Positions 36,748 to 46,119 of a DNA stretch of 64,000 bases are shown piece by piece (the stretch's first letter is position 1; each line of letters starts with the position of its first letter). The position numbers were made by a program, and so were the translations under genes. The notes below the pieces were generated by a model. It was not told where the DNA came from, searched no databases, and saw only the letters and a program-made list of their open reading frames with translations. The stretch is from a virus (Duplodnaviria; Caudoviricetes). Location of the stretch: positions 7,056 to 71,055 of IMG/VR virus record IMGVR_UViG_3300027647_000001. One strand, given 5' to 3'.

Positions 36748-37545
36748 TCAGGCTGCGTCGTCGGTGCGCAGTCCCATGCGTGCGGCTCGTTCGCGGGCGG
36801 CGGTCTTGATGGCGTCCTTACCGGCGGCCGGGATGCGCGGGGGACCGCCGGCAGGGGCGCCGGACGGGGCCGGAGGCAGGGTCTGCGGCGCGGCCGGGGC
36901 GGCGCCGAACAGTTCCGCGCGGCGCGCCTTCAGGGCATCGGCCGCTTCGGTGATGGCCGCGTCGTCGGCGTCGTCGGCAACACGCATCAGCGCGGTGGCG
37001 TCGTCGAGGTCGTCACCGGAGGCACCGAGCCGGACGAGAGCGGCCCGGACCTTGGATTCGCGGTCGCGGCGGGCGGCTTCGGCTTCGCGCTGCTCTGCGG
37101 CCGCGATGCGGGCTTCGGCCTCGCGTTCCTTCTTCGCCAGCTCCTCGGTGCGGCGCTGCTCTTCCGTGAGCTGCGCCTTGCGGGCCTGCTCGGCCTGCTT
37201 GAACGCCTCGCCGAAGGAGGTCGGGTCGAACTCGTCGGGGTTGATGCCGACGGACTCGGCGATGAAGCGCAGCGCGGCGCGCCGGCCCTCTTCCTTCTCG
37301 TCGCGCATGATGACGTTCAGCCGCCGCTGGGTGATGGTGACCTTCTCCTCGTCACCTCCGGCTGCGGGTGTGGGCGCTGGCGGCGGTCCGGGCTTCGGGG
37401 GGTCCGCAGGCGCCGGGGCCGGGGCCGGGGCTGGCGGGGTGTTGGGGTCGCCGTTGTAGAACACGGCCATGCTGGCTACGCCCGAGTACGGGCGGGCCCA
37501 CGCCGAGGTGGCGGGGGTGGGGCGGTGCAGCCGGGGGCGGCGCAT
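36748..37545 (-). CDS. Capsid scaffolding protein
   Basis: Pro-rich N-terminus, charged coiled coil; between portal and capsid. Confidence 0.75.
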   Translation of the reverse strand: MRRPRLHRPTPATSAWARPYSGVASMAVFYNGDPNTPPAPAPAPAPADPPKPGPPPAPTPAAGGDEEKVTITQRRLNVIMRDEKEEGRRAALRFIAESVGINPDEFDPTSFGEAFKQAEQARKAQLTEEQRRTEELAKKEREAEARIAAAEQREAEAARRDRESKVRAALVRLGASGDDLDDATALMRVADDADDAAITEAADALKARRAELFGAAPAAPQTLPPAPSGAPAGGPPRIPAAGKDAIKTAARERAARMGLRTDDAA

Positions 37546-37607
37546 GGTGACAGGTCCTCCCAGAGAGGTTCCAGGCCCCGCGCCTAGATCCAAGTTCAGC
37601 ACAGATG

Positions 37608-39482
37608 TCACGGGGTGTTCCCCCTGGTTCCCTGCGGCCCGTTCCCGGGGTCGCCCTCGGGGTCGCCGTCGTCGGTGACCGGCGGCAGCTGCACGGGCGG
37701 CGCCGGGGGCACGTCGGGGGCCTGGCGTCCGAGGAACCGGGCGACTTCGTCCGGGTTACCGAGCGCGTCCGCGAGGAACCGGGCCTGCTCGAAGGAACGG
37801 GAGTCGATCTGTTCGATTTCCTTCTGCGCGTCCTCGATCGGCCAACCGGCGTCGGTCAGCATCCGCACGGCGGTCTCCAGGGAGATGACGCCGGCCTTGT
37901 ACGCCTCGGCGGACTGGGCCAGGACGGCCGCCGTGTCGGTCGGCTTGTACGGGCCGCGCATCAGCTTCGCCGGCAGGACAGGCAGGCTGGTCCAGTCGGG
38001 GTGCTGCCCGGCCTGGAACAGACGCTGGACGAACTTCGGGAGGAGCCGGTCGCCGTGGTCGCGGGCGAGGCGCATGCCGTCAATGAGGGAGTCCAGCGGG
38101 CCGAGGGACAGTTCGAGGGCATACCCGGAGGGCACCTTCGATGGGTCCATGGTGCCGAGGGACACGGCGGGCAGGCGGACGACGTTCGCGGCCTGGTCGG
38201 CGAGCGCGTTGCGCTGGTTGCGGAGCTCCTGGAGCTGGGGGGCGGTGTTGAGGACGTCCATGCGCCCGTTCTCGCCGCCCTTCAGGAGCATGCCCGGGCC
38301 GACGGCGATGTCCTTCTGGTCGGTGGCGGTCTTCCCGGACATGAAGATGATCGGGCTGCCCGTGGTCGCCGAGGCTTTGGACGAGTCCGTGTCCGTCCCG
38401 GCGAGTTCGTCGAACACTTGCAGCGCCTTGCCGAGGGACGACTGGCCCCAGTGCTCCCCGGCCGAGGGGACGGTGTTCGGCTGGTGGATGACCGGTATGA
38501 AGTCCAGGTACAGGTCCAGGTGGTCGAGGACCTCACCGTCGGCGCTGGTCGCGAACTGGGCTCGGTCCATGGGCAGCGTGTCGACGTCGACCGGACTCTT
38601 GAGGTCGCCGAGTTCCCAGGTGGCGTCGGTCAGGTAGCAGGTCCGGTAGGTGGGCTGGTCGTTCCACGGGTACTGGCGGGAGATGCCGCCCATGTCGTCG
38701 ACCTGGTCACCCATGGCGAGCAGCGGGGCAGGCGGCTCGTCGTCGGCGGATTCGGACATGACCGGGGCGCGGACGGGCCGGCCGGTGCGGTCCACGCCCG
38801 ATGCGGTCTGGGGCCGGATCCAGTCCAGTTCGTAGGTGATGCGGCGCAGGCGGGGCTTCAGGCCGCGGACCTTGTCCTCGGGCAGCTCCCACGCGAAGTG
38901 CACCCGGTCGGGGAAGTCGGACCCGTCGTCGTCCTCGCCGATGACGGGGAAGTAGAAGCCGGGGTCGTAGACCTTCATGCGGACGCGTTGCTTCGCCCCG
39001 TCCCAGTACAGGAGGTACACGCCGTCGCCGAGACCGACCGCTTTCCGCTCGCCCTGGAGCAGGCGCATGGACAGGAGTTCTTCCTCGGCCCACTCGCGCA
39101 AGAGTTCCTGTACACGGGCCGCGGCCGCCGCGGTGGGATCGGCTGTGTCGCTGGTCTGCTCCGCGCCGGGCACCGTGAGGTGCTGCTCCCGCCCGAGGAC
39201 GTGGGAGACCAGGGTGTCGATGAACATGCTGGGGTCGCCGAACTCGCGCCGCTCGCGGGCGCTGTCGCCGTCGCGTACCTGGGCGAGCTCGCCGGCCTGG
39301 TTGGAGTCGTAGGCGGCGAGGAGCTTGTACGCGGCGAGACGCCGCTCGTCAGCGGCTGGCACCCACGTTGCGTGCGCTTCGGGGAACGCCCGCCGGTTGG
39401 GCATGCCGAGCGTCGGGTCGCTGAAGATCGGCTTGTAGTTCAGCCATCCCCACGCGTCGATGACCATCGACCTGAGGCCCAC
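37608..39482 (-). CDS. Portal protein
   Basis: About 624 aa after terminase; PSGYALEL, GVISLETAVRML motifs. Confidence 0.8.
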   Translation of the reverse strand: MGLRSMVIDAWGWLNYKPIFSDPTLGMPNRRAFPEAHATWVPAADERRLAAYKLLAAYDSNQAGELAQVRDGDSARERREFGDPSMFIDTLVSHVLGREQHLTVPGAEQTSDTADPTAAAAARVQELLREWAEEELLSMRLLQGERKAVGLGDGVYLLYWDGAKQRVRMKVYDPGFYFPVIGEDDDGSDFPDRVHFAWELPEDKVRGLKPRLRRITYELDWIRPQTASGVDRTGRPVRAPVMSESADDEPPAPLLAMGDQVDDMGGISRQYPWNDQPTYRTCYLTDATWELGDLKSPVDVDTLPMDRAQFATSADGEVLDHLDLYLDFIPVIHQPNTVPSAGEHWGQSSLGKALQVFDELAGTDTDSSKASATTGSPIIFMSGKTATDQKDIAVGPGMLLKGGENGRMDVLNTAPQLQELRNQRNALADQAANVVRLPAVSLGTMDPSKVPSGYALELSLGPLDSLIDGMRLARDHGDRLLPKFVQRLFQAGQHPDWTSLPVLPAKLMRGPYKPTDTAAVLAQSAEAYKAGVISLETAVRMLTDAGWPIEDAQKEIEQIDSRSFEQARFLADALGNPDEVARFLGRQAPDVPPAPPVQLPPVTDDGDPEGDPGNGPQGTRGNTP

Positions 39483-39845
39483 GGGGCACACCTCCGCAAC
39501 AGGCCCCGCGCCGTGCCCACAGGGTACGGGCAGAGCCGAAGGGTGATCCCCTTGCCCGGGTTGCCTGATTTGCGGATCTTCGCCAGGAAAGGCTGAAGAA
39601 GAAGTTCGGCTCGCCCCGAGTTGACTTCTTCCGAACACATCACCGCAGGTAGCGGGCTCGCTTGTCACTCAAAGGGATGAAGTCTCGGCGACGCCCTGGC
39701 ACTTGAAGGTTCCTGCACCGCGTTTTTTCGGGCCCCCGGGCCACGTAGAGTGTGCGCACGGCGTTTTCGAGCTGATCTCCCTCCTCGCCTTCCGGTGCGT
39801 ACGCCCGGAAGGACCGGGTGCACCACTACCCAAGAGAGGAGATCT

Positions 39846-39929
39846 GTGCACGAAAACGAATCGCCGGACTGGGGCTTCTGGTCCCTCGTCACCGCACTGG
39901 TCCAGATGGCGCTGGACCTGGTGACGTAA
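39846..39929 (+). CDS. 27-aa amphipathic/hydrophobic peptide MHENESPDWGFWSLVTALVQMALDLVT
   Basis: Strong GAGAGGAG RBS, GTG start, TAA stop, followed by a strong hairpin; antisense to the late operon. Confidence 0.6.
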   Translation: MHENESPDWGFWSLVTALVQMALDLVT

Positions 39930-39954
39930 GGACACCCCGTCCGGCGTCCGCACC

Positions 39955-39987
39955 GGAGAGGGTCGCCCCACAAGGGTGGCCCTCTCC
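39955..39987 (+). terminator. Hairpin terminator after the 27-aa peptide gene
   Basis: GGAGAGGGTCGCCC-CACAA-GGGTGGCCCTCTCC. Confidence 0.65.
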
Positions 39988-40060
39988 CCATATTTTGCGC
40001 CTCACGTCCACCCTGGTGAACTGCTCAGTGCGCTAACTTCGTGTCTCATCATGCCACGTG

Positions 40061-40074
40061 ATTTCACGTGAAAC
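40061..40074. promoter_or_regulatory. parS-like palindrome
   Basis: ATTTCACGTGAAAC versus the bacterial/Streptomyces parS core GTTTCACGTGAAAC (13/14), intergenic. Confidence 0.4.
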
Positions 40075-40178
40075 GCGTGAGCCTCCCAACTGTTTTCGAG
40101 ATCGGACCTCGGTTTGCGCGTGTCGGATGCCCGTTGATCCTGAGGCTGTCCGGGAGTATTCGACGCGTTTTCGATGGC

Positions 40179-41738
40179 TCATCGGCGTCCCGCCAGCCGG
40201 TTATCGGCGTAGCTTTCGGTCTTCAGCGGTGCTGAAGCGGGGTCTGCCAGTTCGGTCAGCGCGTGGACGGCGGCGTCCATGCGGTCCGGGGAGTCCATTC
40301 CCGGAATCCAGGTGACCATCTGGCCCTCGAGCTCGACGTGCTCGTCTACGTGGTGGACCTTGCCTTGCTTGTACAGCTGGGCGATGGGCTCGGCGCGAAG
40401 GCGTTTGCCCTGCTTGGCGTGCACTTCGATGATGTTCGGCATCAGCATGCCGTGGGTCTCGCCCTCGCGTTCCAGCTCTGTCCATGCCTGGCGTACGACC
40501 TGGGCGGCCATGTCGCCGCCGAAGTTCTTCTCCACGATGATCGCGTCGGCTTGGCGTTCGATCGCGAGGAGGCAGGTTTCGGTGCCCCAGGTGTCGGCGC
40601 CCATGGTGCGGGATCGGTCGTCGAGAACGTAGAGGTGTTCGTCGGCTTTCGCCGCGCAGACGAGGCCGACCTCGTCGTTGCGCATGGCGTCGCCGCCGGC
40701 GTGGTCGACTGCGACGACGACCCGCGCCGGGGTGATGCCTCGCCAGGCCGCGGGGGTGATTCGGTGGTTGGTGATCCATGCCCACTTCCAGACGCCGCCT
40801 TCGAGGGGGCGGGGCTTCTGCTGGTAGAGGGCGTACCAGACGCGTTCGCCGACGGATTCGCGGATGTCGGCAAGCTCGTCGGCGTCGTACTGGGCTGGCC
40901 AGAGGGGGTCGCCGATCTGGCGGCCGAGAGGGTCGTCGGCCCGGTCCGCGAGGGCGGGCAGGTCGATCTGGAGCCAGCGGCGGGGTTCGTGGGCGAGGAG
41001 CCGGCCGGAGAGGTCGTCCTCGTGCCAGCGGGTGTTGATGCAGATGATGCTGGCGCCGGGGGCGCGGCGGGTGAAGAAGACGGAGCGATACCACTCCCAG
41101 ACGCGTTCGCGTTGCGCGGGTGAGGAGGCATCGTCGTGGCCTTTGAACGGGTCGTCTATTATGCCCAGATTAAAACCTTTTCCGGTCAATCCTCCGCCGA
41201 CGCCGGCGGTGACCATTCCGCCCCGGACGGATGATCCGCGTTGCTGCTCGAGGTCAAACCGATTCGCCGCGTGAGAGGCGGGGTGGAGCTTGATGCCGAG
41301 GAGCGGGTGGTATTCGCGCAGCTGGTCGCGGACCCAGCGGCCGTGGTCGTCGGCGAGGTCGGCTCCGTAGGACGCGATCATGACGCGGTGCTCGGGGTGG
41401 CGTCGTAGGTACCAGAGCGGCCCCCAGCGTGAGGCACGCTGAGATTTTCCATGGCGTGGTGGGCAGGTGAGCATGACCTGGAGGCGCTCGCCGGCGGCGA
41501 TACGCCGGAACGCACTGTCGATCATGTCGAGGTGGGGGGCCTGGAACTCGCGCCGTTCGGTGAGGACGGCGGCGAGGGCGCCGGGGCTGCGGTCCATGGC
41601 CATCGTGCGCTCCACGCGCATGAGCTTGCGCCGCACGTCCGGGGTGGCACGCTCCGCGATCCGGGCGCGCTGCACGGCGGGCAGAGTGCGGTAGTTGGCC
41701 AGGAATTCGGCTTGGCGGTCAGCTGTCGCTGTCGTCAT
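40179..41738 (-). CDS. terL: Terminase large subunit
   Basis: CPPRHGKS (Walker A), LGIIDDPFK (Walker B), VVAVDHAGG, DRMDAAVHA nuclease motifs. Confidence 0.93.
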   Translation of the reverse strand: MTTATADRQAEFLANYRTLPAVQRARIAERATPDVRRKLMRVERTMAMDRSPGALAAVLTERREFQAPHLDMIDSAFRRIAAGERLQVMLTCPPRHGKSQRASRWGPLWYLRRHPEHRVMIASYGADLADDHGRWVRDQLREYHPLLGIKLHPASHAANRFDLEQQRGSSVRGGMVTAGVGGGLTGKGFNLGIIDDPFKGHDDASSPAQRERVWEWYRSVFFTRRAPGASIICINTRWHEDDLSGRLLAHEPRRWLQIDLPALADRADDPLGRQIGDPLWPAQYDADELADIRESVGERVWYALYQQKPRPLEGGVWKWAWITNHRITPAAWRGITPARVVVAVDHAGGDAMRNDEVGLVCAAKADEHLYVLDDRSRTMGADTWGTETCLLAIERQADAIIVEKNFGGDMAAQVVRQAWTELEREGETHGMLMPNIIEVHAKQGKRLRAEPIAQLYKQGKVHHVDEHVELEGQMVTWIPGMDSPDRMDAAVHALTELADPASAPLKTESYADNRLAGRR

Positions 41739-42258
41739 CGTCGTCCTGGTCGTCGAGGTCCTCGTCTTCCTCTTCCTCGTCGTCGCTGTGGTCGAACACG
41801 GGGACGGGCGCATCGTCACGGTCGGAGATCTCGATGAGCGCCCTGAGCTCGATGAGGTCGCCGCCGCTGAAGGGGATGTCGCCTCCGTCGGGTCCGGAGA
41901 TTTCGGCGCGGACAGGCATCTTCGTGCCGAGGAGGTCGTTCAGGTCGGACACGATCTTCCGGGCCTGTTCGTGGGCCTTGAGGTCGGGTTCCACAGGATC
42001 GGTGGCGGCGGGCCACACGGACGCAAGGAGCATGAGGAGGCGCTCCTTGCTCTCCTGCCGGTAGACGGCGACCTCGGACGCTTCCTGTGTGGCGTGCTTC
42101 TTCAGGGTGCGGTGGAAGTCTTTCGACGCTGCCTGTCGGCTGGCGTAGCCGAGGGACAGGATCCGTTCGTCGTCGAAGTTGATGCCGGCGAGGCGCAGGC
42201 GGACCAGCTTGGCTCGCCGTTCGGCTGTGATGACCTGCTGCGCTTTGGACGCGACCAT
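41719..42258 (-). CDS. terS: Terminase small subunit
   Basis: N-terminal HTH (ERRAKLVRLRLAGINFD...), acidic tail, overlaps terL. Confidence 0.75.
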   Translation of the reverse strand: MVASKAQQVITAERRAKLVRLRLAGINFDDERILSLGYASRQAASKDFHRTLKKHATQEASEVAVYRQESKERLLMLLASVWPAATDPVEPDLKAHEQARKIVSDLNDLLGTKMPVRAEISGPDGGDIPFSGGDLIELRALIEISDRDDAPVPVFDHSDDEEEEDEDLDDQDDDDDSDS

Positions 42259-42368
42259 GGCGGTGGGGCTCCCGCTCTCGTGTTCAGGCCCCGCGCCTTG
42301 TTACGGATGATCCCCGATTCGGGCGTTCTGGTTCCCCCTGGTCGGGGTGGGGTGGGATTCTGCGCGGC

Positions 42369-43097
42369 ATGAGAGAGATGCGCAGGGTGGGGGCTGTTGC
42401 GGCTGGTGTGGCCGTGATGGTGCTGGTGGCTGGGTGCGGGAGTGATGACGGGGGTGGTGGCGGGAAGGCGGCCGTGTCGTCGAGCTCGGCGTCGCCGACG
42501 CCGGTGAAGACGGTTCCGATTCCGGTGGAGGGGGATCCGTCCGTGCCGGAGCGGACCGCGTTCCCGGACACGCCGGCCGGGCGGCTGGACAAGCTGGCGG
42601 ATGAGAAGGGCTGGTTCGTCGACGACGCGAAGACGTGGCCGTCGGCGTATGTGGGCCGGATCTGTCGGGGCATGAGCCGGGTGGAGTCGGAGGGTGAGGA
42701 TCCGCAGGAGTGGCTGGCCGAGGAGGAGGATCCGGATCCTTCGCCGCGGGAGATTCTGAAGGCGGGGATGCCGGACCTGTGTCCGGAGTGGTCGAAGAAG
42801 GCACTGGCAGTGTTGGACGGTACGTGGGTGCCGGCGTACACGTATGCGGATGGGACGTACAAGGTGGCGTCGAAGCCGGGTGAGCCGGATCCGGGTACTG
42901 GTGAGGTGGCGATCACGCCGGGGTCGTGGCGGACGACGGGGGATCTCGAGGGCTGCTACTGGGAGCGCACGACGAAGGGCGGGGAGATCATCGACAACAA
43001 CTTCGCGACGTCGGCGCAGGAGATCACGGTGACGATCCGGTCCACGGATGGGCAGTTCACGTCTGAGGGCTGCGGCACGTGGAAGAAGGTCGGTTAG
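42369..43097 (+). CDS. Lipoprotein (possible exclusion/immunity function)
   Basis: Lipobox VAGC; C-terminal GTYKV...PGSWRT...CYWER...GCGTW domain; opposite strand to flanking modules. Confidence 0.75.
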   Translation: MREMRRVGAVAAGVAVMVLVAGCGSDDGGGGGKAAVSSSSASPTPVKTVPIPVEGDPSVPERTAFPDTPAGRLDKLADEKGWFVDDAKTWPSAYVGRICRGMSRVESEGEDPQEWLAEEEDPDPSPREILKAGMPDLCPEWSKKALAVLDGTWVPAYTYADGTYKVASKPGEPDPGTGEVAITPGSWRTTGDLEGCYWERTTKGGEIIDNNFATSAQEITVTIRSTDGQFTSEGCGTWKKVG

Positions 43098-43111
43098 GGC
43101 CCGGAACGTAG

Positions 43112-43152
43112 TTCGGCCCCGCCACCGGGGGGATTCGAGTGGCGGGGCCGAA
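43112..43152. terminator. Bidirectional terminator between the lipoprotein and the transfer operon
   Basis: 14-bp perfect stem TTCGGCCCCGCCAC / GTGGCGGGGCCGAA. Confidence 0.75.
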
Positions 43153-43233
43153 GCGTTACGGCCTGGACGGGTAGTGGGCGCGGGGACGCTCGGGCTACCC
43201 GCCCAGGCTGTGCACTTTCATGGTGGGGGACGA

Positions 43234-43410
43234 TCACGGATCTGTCTTAGGTGCTTCCCCCTGGGGGTCGGCGGTTGTTCCGAGTGCGCGTTGGAGGGGG
43301 CTGTGGCGGGCGGGGGTGGTCGGGTCGAGATATGCGATGAGGTGCCGTCCGTCGGGGAGGCGGACGGCCACCGTGTGCGGCGGCAGGGGCGGCAGTACGG
43401 GGCGGGGCAT
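43234..43410 (-). CDS. Possible small protein (58 aa)
   Basis: MPRPVLPPLPPHTVAVRLPDGRHLIAYLDP directly after the traB stop. Confidence 0.4.
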   Translation of the reverse strand: MPRPVLPPLPPHTVAVRLPDGRHLIAYLDPTTPARHSPLQRALGTTADPQGEAPKTDP

Positions 43411-43419
43411 GGGCTGGTG

Positions 43420-45705
43420 CTACTCCCCTGCTTCGGGGGCGGGGCCGAGGCCGTACCAGCCGCGGACGACTTTCCCGTCCTTGGTCTGCCGGTGGATCGT
43501 GCCGGCTTTGACGAGCTTGGACAGGGTGTTGTCGAGGGTGGACGGCTCGAGGCGGGTGATGGCTCCGATCTGGTCCTTGTGGAGGTAGTTGGGGTCGATG
43601 CCGAGGGGGTCGGCGGCTTCGCGGAGTGCGGCGAGGATCTTGTCGTCGGCGCTGGCGGTTTTCTTCGGAACCACGGGCATGGTGAACAGGCCACCGCCGC
43701 TGTCGCTGTCGACGCCGTCGTCTTCGTCGTCGCCGAGGACGGAGGTGGCGGCGAGTTCGTGGCGCTGGTCCCACAGAGGGAAGTCGGCCGGGTGCGCGAT
43801 GATGTCCGGGTTGATGTGGGGGGTGGCGTCCTCAAGGACCCAAGCGCGCATCATCTCGGCGGTGGCGCCGGGGGCGGCGGCGAATCCGAGGCCGAAGGTG
43901 CGGTCGGGGTCGTTGTCGGGGGTGTCGGGGTTGTAGACCATGGCCCGGTCCTGGGTCCAGGAGGCGGGGATGTCGGCGGGGTTGCAGCCAGCGAACGCGT
44001 CGGGCAGGTCGACGAGGTGCTTCTGGGAGCTGTCGGAGCGCAGGAGGACGAGGCTGCCGCCGTAAAAAATGTTGTCGCGGATGGCTGCTTCGCCGCCGAG
44101 CTGGTCGAGTTGCATGATCTGGTTGGCGAGGATGACGGGCATGCCGAGGGAGCGGCCGAGGCGTGCGCCGTCCTTGACGATGTGGACGGCTTCCTTCTTG
44201 TACTCGGAGGAGCCGGAGAGGAGGCTGCTGGCTTCGTCGAGGATGAGCGGTGCCCACGGCCGGTCGGGGCCGGCTTTGAAGTTCTTCAGGCCGAGGCGGG
44301 CTGATTCGGCGATGCGGTGCTGGAGCAGGTGCCACCAGATCCGCAGGGCGCCCATGGCGTCGTGGGGGCCGAGGCCGGAGTAGGCGGCCATCTTCTCGAT
44401 CGCGGGGTTGGAGGAGCCCTTCGGGTCGGCATAGATGATCGCCGAGGCGTTGATGTGGTGGGCGAGGGCGATGATCTGGAGGGTGCCGCCTTTGCCGGAG
44501 CCGGTGACGCCGGCGACGAGGACGTGCTGGCCGCCGAGGTTGGGGTCATGGATTTGAATGCGGGACGGGAAGCCGGAGATGCCGCGGCCGATCTGGATGT
44601 AGCCGTTGGGGTTGGCCTTGAGGACGTGCGGTCCGGGGAATGCGGTGCCGGTCTCGAGGGGGTTGGAGTCCATGGTGCGGACGATCGCTTCGCGGGGGTC
44701 TTGGCGGGGTTCGTAGGAGACGAGGAGCGGGGTGGTGCGCAGCGCACCGGCGAGGGCGGCCCGGTCGGGGACGGTGAGTTTGTCGAGGTTCTCGTCGGCG
44801 ACGACGCGGGCGACGGTGCCGCCGGTGTTGGGGTCGTCCTGGATGTCTTCGAGGTGGGTGTTCGGCATGACGCCGCCGGAGCGGGCGACGTACTTGGACC
44901 AGGCGCCAGCGAGGGTGGTGGGGTCGATTTCGGCGGGGGCGGTGAGGTTGACGGTGATGTGGCGTTCGCCGGCGTGGGCGCCGTCGGTGATGCGGATCCA
45001 GGTGGCCGGGATTTGGTAGACGGAGGACACGGTGGCCGGGTTGACGGTGACGGAGTTGCCGGTGGGGGCGGTGATGGTGCCGGTCCAGCGGCGGGTGTCG
45101 AGCGCGGTGAGGGTGAGTTCCTGGCCGCGGTGGGTTCCGGTGGCCGGGTGGGAGATGTGGGCGGCCCACTGGTGGAGGATCTGTCCGGTCGGGCCGAGGA
45201 TCGGTGCGAAGCCTGGGGCGGGCGTGGTACCGGCGGCCGTGGGTGGGGCGTCCGCCGGGGCGGGGGGTCGGGTGCGGCGCAGGACGTTGCGGAGCTTCCA
45301 CGGGACGAGGGCGACGGCGGCCCACCAGCCGAGGGACACGATGCCGGGGATGGACGGCAGGGTGAGGATGCCGGCCATGAGGGCGTCGGTGCCTTCGGGG
45401 CCCATGAGGGTGCCCATGCCGAGGGCCATGCCGGTGGTGAGGGTGGACATGAACAGTGGGGAGCGGTGGGCGCGGACGATGTCGCCGGCGGGAAGCTGGT
45501 GGACGAGGGTGTCGGGGAGCCGGTTCATGTAGTTCGCGGCGAGGAATCCGGCGGTGCCGCCGTAGGTGAGGGCGGCGGTGAACGCGGCGCCGCCGTCGAG
45601 CCAGGGGGCGACGAGGCCGGTGGCCAGGGGGGCGGTGGTGGTGGCGATGGCGATGGCGCGTTCGGTGGCCGGGGACGCGGTACGGGTGGCGGTGTTTGTG
45701 GTCAT
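43420..45705 (-). CDS. traB: TraB-like FtsK/SpoIIIE conjugative dsDNA translocase
   Basis: N-terminal TM segments, AGVTGSGKG (Walker A), LILDEAS (Walker B), C-terminal winged helix (LDNTLSKLVKAGTI). Confidence 0.85.
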   Translation of the reverse strand: MTTNTATRTASPATERAIAIATTTAPLATGLVAPWLDGGAAFTAALTYGGTAGFLAANYMNRLPDTLVHQLPAGDIVRAHRSPLFMSTLTTGMALGMGTLMGPEGTDALMAGILTLPSIPGIVSLGWWAAVALVPWKLRNVLRRTRPPAPADAPPTAAGTTPAPGFAPILGPTGQILHQWAAHISHPATGTHRGQELTLTALDTRRWTGTITAPTGNSVTVNPATVSSVYQIPATWIRITDGAHAGERHITVNLTAPAEIDPTTLAGAWSKYVARSGGVMPNTHLEDIQDDPNTGGTVARVVADENLDKLTVPDRAALAGALRTTPLLVSYEPRQDPREAIVRTMDSNPLETGTAFPGPHVLKANPNGYIQIGRGISGFPSRIQIHDPNLGGQHVLVAGVTGSGKGGTLQIIALAHHINASAIIYADPKGSSNPAIEKMAAYSGLGPHDAMGALRIWWHLLQHRIAESARLGLKNFKAGPDRPWAPLILDEASSLLSGSSEYKKEAVHIVKDGARLGRSLGMPVILANQIMQLDQLGGEAAIRDNIFYGGSLVLLRSDSSQKHLVDLPDAFAGCNPADIPASWTQDRAMVYNPDTPDNDPDRTFGLGFAAAPGATAEMMRAWVLEDATPHINPDIIAHPADFPLWDQRHELAATSVLGDDEDDGVDSDSGGGLFTMPVVPKKTASADDKILAALREAADPLGIDPNYLHKDQIGAITRLEPSTLDNTLSKLVKAGTIHRQTKDGKVVRGWYGLGPAPEAGE

Positions 45706-45741
45706 CGGGGGCTCCTGCGGGTCGAGGACGGGACGGCGGGG

Positions 45742-46119
45742 CTACTGCTGCTGGAGCCAGGCGGGCTTCAGGTCGCTGACGTCGACCGGGGCCCGGTTGT
45801 ACGCCTCGTTGATGCCGTCGTGGGAGGCGACGGCCTGCTCGTGCGCGGCAACGGCCTGGCGGGCTGTGGTGTTGGCTGCGGCGGCGTACGCGTTCGCGGC
45901 CTGCGACATCCCGGCCATGATCTTCGACAGTTCGGTGGTCTCCGCCGTGGTGGCGGTGTCCACGCCCATGGCGCGGATGAGTTCGGCGACCCGGCCGGTG
46001 TCCTCGGCTTCCTCGTGGATCTGCTGGGCGCGGCCGCGGATCGCTTCGGAGGCGCGGGTGACGTCCTTACCGAGGTCGGTGACGGCCCTACGGAGCTGCC
46101 GGTAGGTGAGGTCAGCCAT
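45742..46119 (-). CDS. Small all-helical transfer-module protein (WXG100-like size and pattern)
   Basis: 125 aa, Ala-rich helical hairpin pattern; directly upstream of traB. Confidence 0.7.
   Translation of the reverse strand: MADLTYRQLRRAVTDLGKDVTRASEAIRGRAQQIHEEAEDTGRVAELIRAMGVDTATTAETTELSKIMAGMSQAANAYAAAANTTARQAVAAHEQAVASHDGINEAYNRAPVDVSDLKPAWLQQQ

Noticed and set aside
43112-43152. Stem-loop containing GGATTCGAG as a tRNA remnant
   Set aside because: No cloverleaf or CCA; simple 14-bp terminator between convergent genes. No tRNA or rRNA was recognised anywhere in the window.
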